The position numbers and the translations under genes were made by a program. A DNA stretch of 64,000 nt from Mustelus asterias (lineage: Eukaryota), in contig NC_135810.1 of the NCBI RefSeq assembly GCF_964213995.1, positions 88,040,001 to 88,104,000 on the forward strand, in the 5' to 3' direction. The notes under the pieces were generated by a model, which searched no databases, was not told the origin of the DNA, and worked only from the letters and a program-made list of their open reading frames with translations. Numbering within the stretch: the stretch's first letter is position 1; each line of letters starts with the position of its first letter. Positions 61,196 through 64,000 of this stretch are shown here, in pieces.

Positions 61196-62572
61196 TTAAA
61201 AAGCCCTAAATTAACCTCCCATCACTCCAATCTTACAAAGCTGATCATTGTCAATGTTAAGGACATGGTACAAGTGCTCCTTCTTGTTGCTGACTCGGAT
61301 TCAATAGGCAGAAATAAGTGTGTCTCAGGGTATCCATGTGCCCACATATCTGATTTCGGAAGCAAGTCAGCAACGCCAACCTTCATTTGAACACACATAT
61401 TTTCTGAATTGGCATACGCTTTATAGAGTTTAACCCTCAAATTCTCTTCTGTCACTTTACCTCTAATGATCTGGTTTGACACCTTTCACAAACTGACATT
61501 TTACATTCAGTCTAAAAATCCTCAAGGTTGTGCACCATAATATATAGAAGCAGAGATATTGAGCATCCATATTAATGGCCTGATGGAGAGATATTCATTG
61601 CCATGGATAATGGATATGGACATTCTTTCATATACTTTCATAATACTTTCATATTCCATTTGAATTCCAGCTCGCATTCCCAGTCTGTGCTGATCTCAGC
61701 CAGGACAGCCAATGATGAACAACAAAATGCTTCAATTCAATCCAGATAGAGATGGAAAACCAGCCAAAAATCCCATTTGAGATCCCTACCCACTGTATTT
61801 GTGCAAGCATTTAGCAAAATTTAATGATCTACGTGTGGGGAGTTTGGAGGCAGGAGTAGGGTATTTAATCAGGCAGGAGGGTGTTGGGTGTGGACCCAGC
61901 CCCTTTCCTGACTCTGCCCCGGTTATGTCCTGGGGCAGGAAGGCTAGTGAATGGCCTTCCCACCTCACCACCAATTATCGCCCATTGCTGCTGGCTGGGT
62001 ACCACTGGCGAGCGAGGCAGTCGCCACCCGCCTTACCAGAAAGCTGCAAAGCAAAACCAGTCAGGGTTACTTGAGGGTTCCCAGGAAGGGAGGATGGGAG
62101 GAAGAAGGACCCTCGTGCAGAGGCACTCAGGGTCTGATTGAGGGACATGGCATCAGAACGCTGAGGGGAATGGGGGTTAACTGTGATTTAAGACATGGGC
62201 AACAGAGTTCTGGATGACCTCGAATGTACGGAGGGTAGATGTAGGACAGCGGCCAGGGGTGCTTTGAGATAGTCAGTTTTGGAGATGGCGAAACCTGGCA
62301 AAGGAGCTGCGATCAGGGTAAAGTTGAGTGATGTTACACATGTACAAAATGACAGCCTTGGTGACGGAATGAATATGAGTTCGGAAACTCATCTCTGGAT
62401 CAAATATGATACCAAAATCAATTTTCTCATTCATATTTTATGATGCCCTCCTTTCAGCTTCATAATGTTGGCTAGGTTTTCCCATTCCGGGCCTAAGGGC
62501 CATGATGGGGACAGGAATTGGGGATGTTTCTCTCCACAGAGCCTGTTGCGAATTCATGCTGAACTGCCTGAT

Positions 62573-62670
62573 CATAGAATCCCTACAACGGAGAAGGAGG
62601 CCATTCAGCCCATCGAGGCTGCACGGACAACAAACCGGGCCCTATCCCCGTATCCCCACGTATTTACCCA
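62573..62670 (-). mobile_element. V-SINE tail fragment
   Basis: CATAGAATCCCTACAACGGAGAAGGAGGCCATTCAGCCCATCGAG. Confidence 0.75.
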
Positions 62671-62871
62671 ACTGCAAGAGGACAAGAACACAAGAAATAG
62701 AAGCAGGAGTAGGCCAGCAGGCGCTTCAAGCCTGCCCTGCCATTCAATGTGATCATGGTTTATCTATGCCTGATTTATGCTGCCCTCGGCTCCTTTTTGT
62801 GCCTTGACAAGGCTTTGTGCCAGAGGTGTGGCTATGCAACTGCACCAAATCCTCTTATAGGACCAGGGCAG

Positions 62872-63467
62872 GTCATAGAGGTTTACAGCATGGAAACAGG
62901 TCCTTCGGTCCGACTTGTCCATGCCGCTCAGTTTTACCACTAAGCTATTCCCAATTGCCCACGTTTGGCCCATATCCCTCTATAGCCATCTTACCCATGT
63001 AACTGTCTAAATGCTTTTTAAAAGACAAAATTGTACCCGCCTCTACTACTACCTCTGGCAGTTTGTTCCAGACACTCACCACCCTCTGTGTGAAACTATT
63101 GCCCCTCTGGACCCTTTTGTATCTCTCCCCTCTCGCCTTAAACCTATGCCCTCTAGTTTTAGACTCCCCTACCTTTGGGGAAAAATATTGACTATCTACC
63201 TCATCTATGCCCCTCATTATTTTACAGACCTCTATAAGATCACCCCTAAGCCTCCTACGCTCCAAGGAAAAAAGTTCCAGTGTCCAGCCTCTCCTTATAA
63301 CTCAAACCATCAAGTCCCGGCAGCATCCCAGTAAATCTTTTCTGCACTCTTTCTAGTTTAATAATATCTTGTCTATAATGGGGTGACCAGAACTGTACAC
63401 AGTATTCCAAGTTACTAATGTCTTGTACAACTTCAACAAGATGTCCCAACTCCTGTATTCAAAGTTC
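62872..63467 (-). mobile_element. CR1 3' fragment
   Basis: ORFs 62945-63265 and 63255-63449 are CR1 ORF2 C-terminal sequence. Confidence 0.92.
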
Positions 63468-64000
63468 TGATGTGGAGATGCTGGCGTTGGACTGGGGTAA
63501 ACACAGTAAGAGTTTTAACAGCACCAGGTTAAAGTCCAACAGGTTTATTTGGTAGCAAATACCATTAGCTTTCGGAGCGCTGCTCCTTCGTCAGATGGAG
63601 TGGAAATGTGCTCTCAAACAGGGCACAGAGACACAAAATCAAGTTACAGAATACTGATTAGAATGCGAATCCCTCCAGCCAACCAGATCTTAAAGAGATG
63701 TGTATTGTCTCCAGACAGGATAGTGCTCCACTTCAGCAGTCACGGGCATTCAGCCTCTGATCTTCAGGTAAGCGTTCTCCAAGGCGGCCTTCACGACACA
63801 CGACAGCGCAAAGTCGCTGAGCAGAAACTGATAGCCAAGTTCCGCACACATGAGGACGGCCTAAACGGGGATGTTGGATTTATGTCACATTATCAGTAAC
63901 CCCCACAGCTTGCCTCCTGGACTTGCGGGCTATCCTGTCTGGAGGCAATACACATCTCTTTAACCTTAATGCTCCCTCCACCCACATTGTCTGTATCTTT
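63468..64000 (+). mobile_element. Penelope-like element: inverted pseudo-LTR plus GIY-YIG endonuclease C-terminus; continues past the window end
   Basis: HFSSHGHSASDLQVSVLQGG..RKVAEQKLIAKFRTHEDGLN* (63729-63899); 33/34-bp inverted repeat at 63690-63723 / 63930-63963. Confidence 0.9.
63562..63598 (-). ncRNA. Minimal type I hammerhead ribozyme in the Penelope pseudo-LTR
   Basis: CCAT-CTGACGA-A-GGAGC-AGC-GCTCC-GAAA-GC-TA-ATGG: intact CUGANGA/GAAA core, helix I CCAT/ATGG, helix II GGAGC/GCTCC, palindromic AGCT. Confidence 0.8.

Overview
Vertebrate genomic DNA, very likely from a shark or other cartilaginous fish; this is inferred from the repeat repertoire, not from a database search. Most of the window is mobile-element debris: about 23 tRNA-derived V-SINE/HE1-type copies with two alternative 3' tails, a second SINE family with its partner LINE, many CR1 LINE fragments, and Rex1/Babar, L2, Tx1-like, Copia and Penelope remnants (the Penelope pieces carry minimal hammerhead ribozymes). 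PIF/Harbinger-type MITEs with 3-bp target-site duplications (TSDs) are also common. The only supportable host coding sequence is two spliceable + strand exons (6868-6940 and terminal 15952-16027) encoding ...[48 protein letters not shown]; I could not name the gene. The most unusual object is a complete but disabled Ty3/Gypsy LTR retrotransposon (52386-57099, - strand). It has no tRNA primer-binding site (PBS); in its place is a 15-nt perfect antisense copy of its own LTR poly(A)-signal region. It also has an 8-bp TSD and a YLDN reverse-transcriptase (RT) active-site motif. Nearly all short ORFs in the supplied track are chance translations of repeats. All alignments were done by eye, so boundaries of old repeats are approximate.
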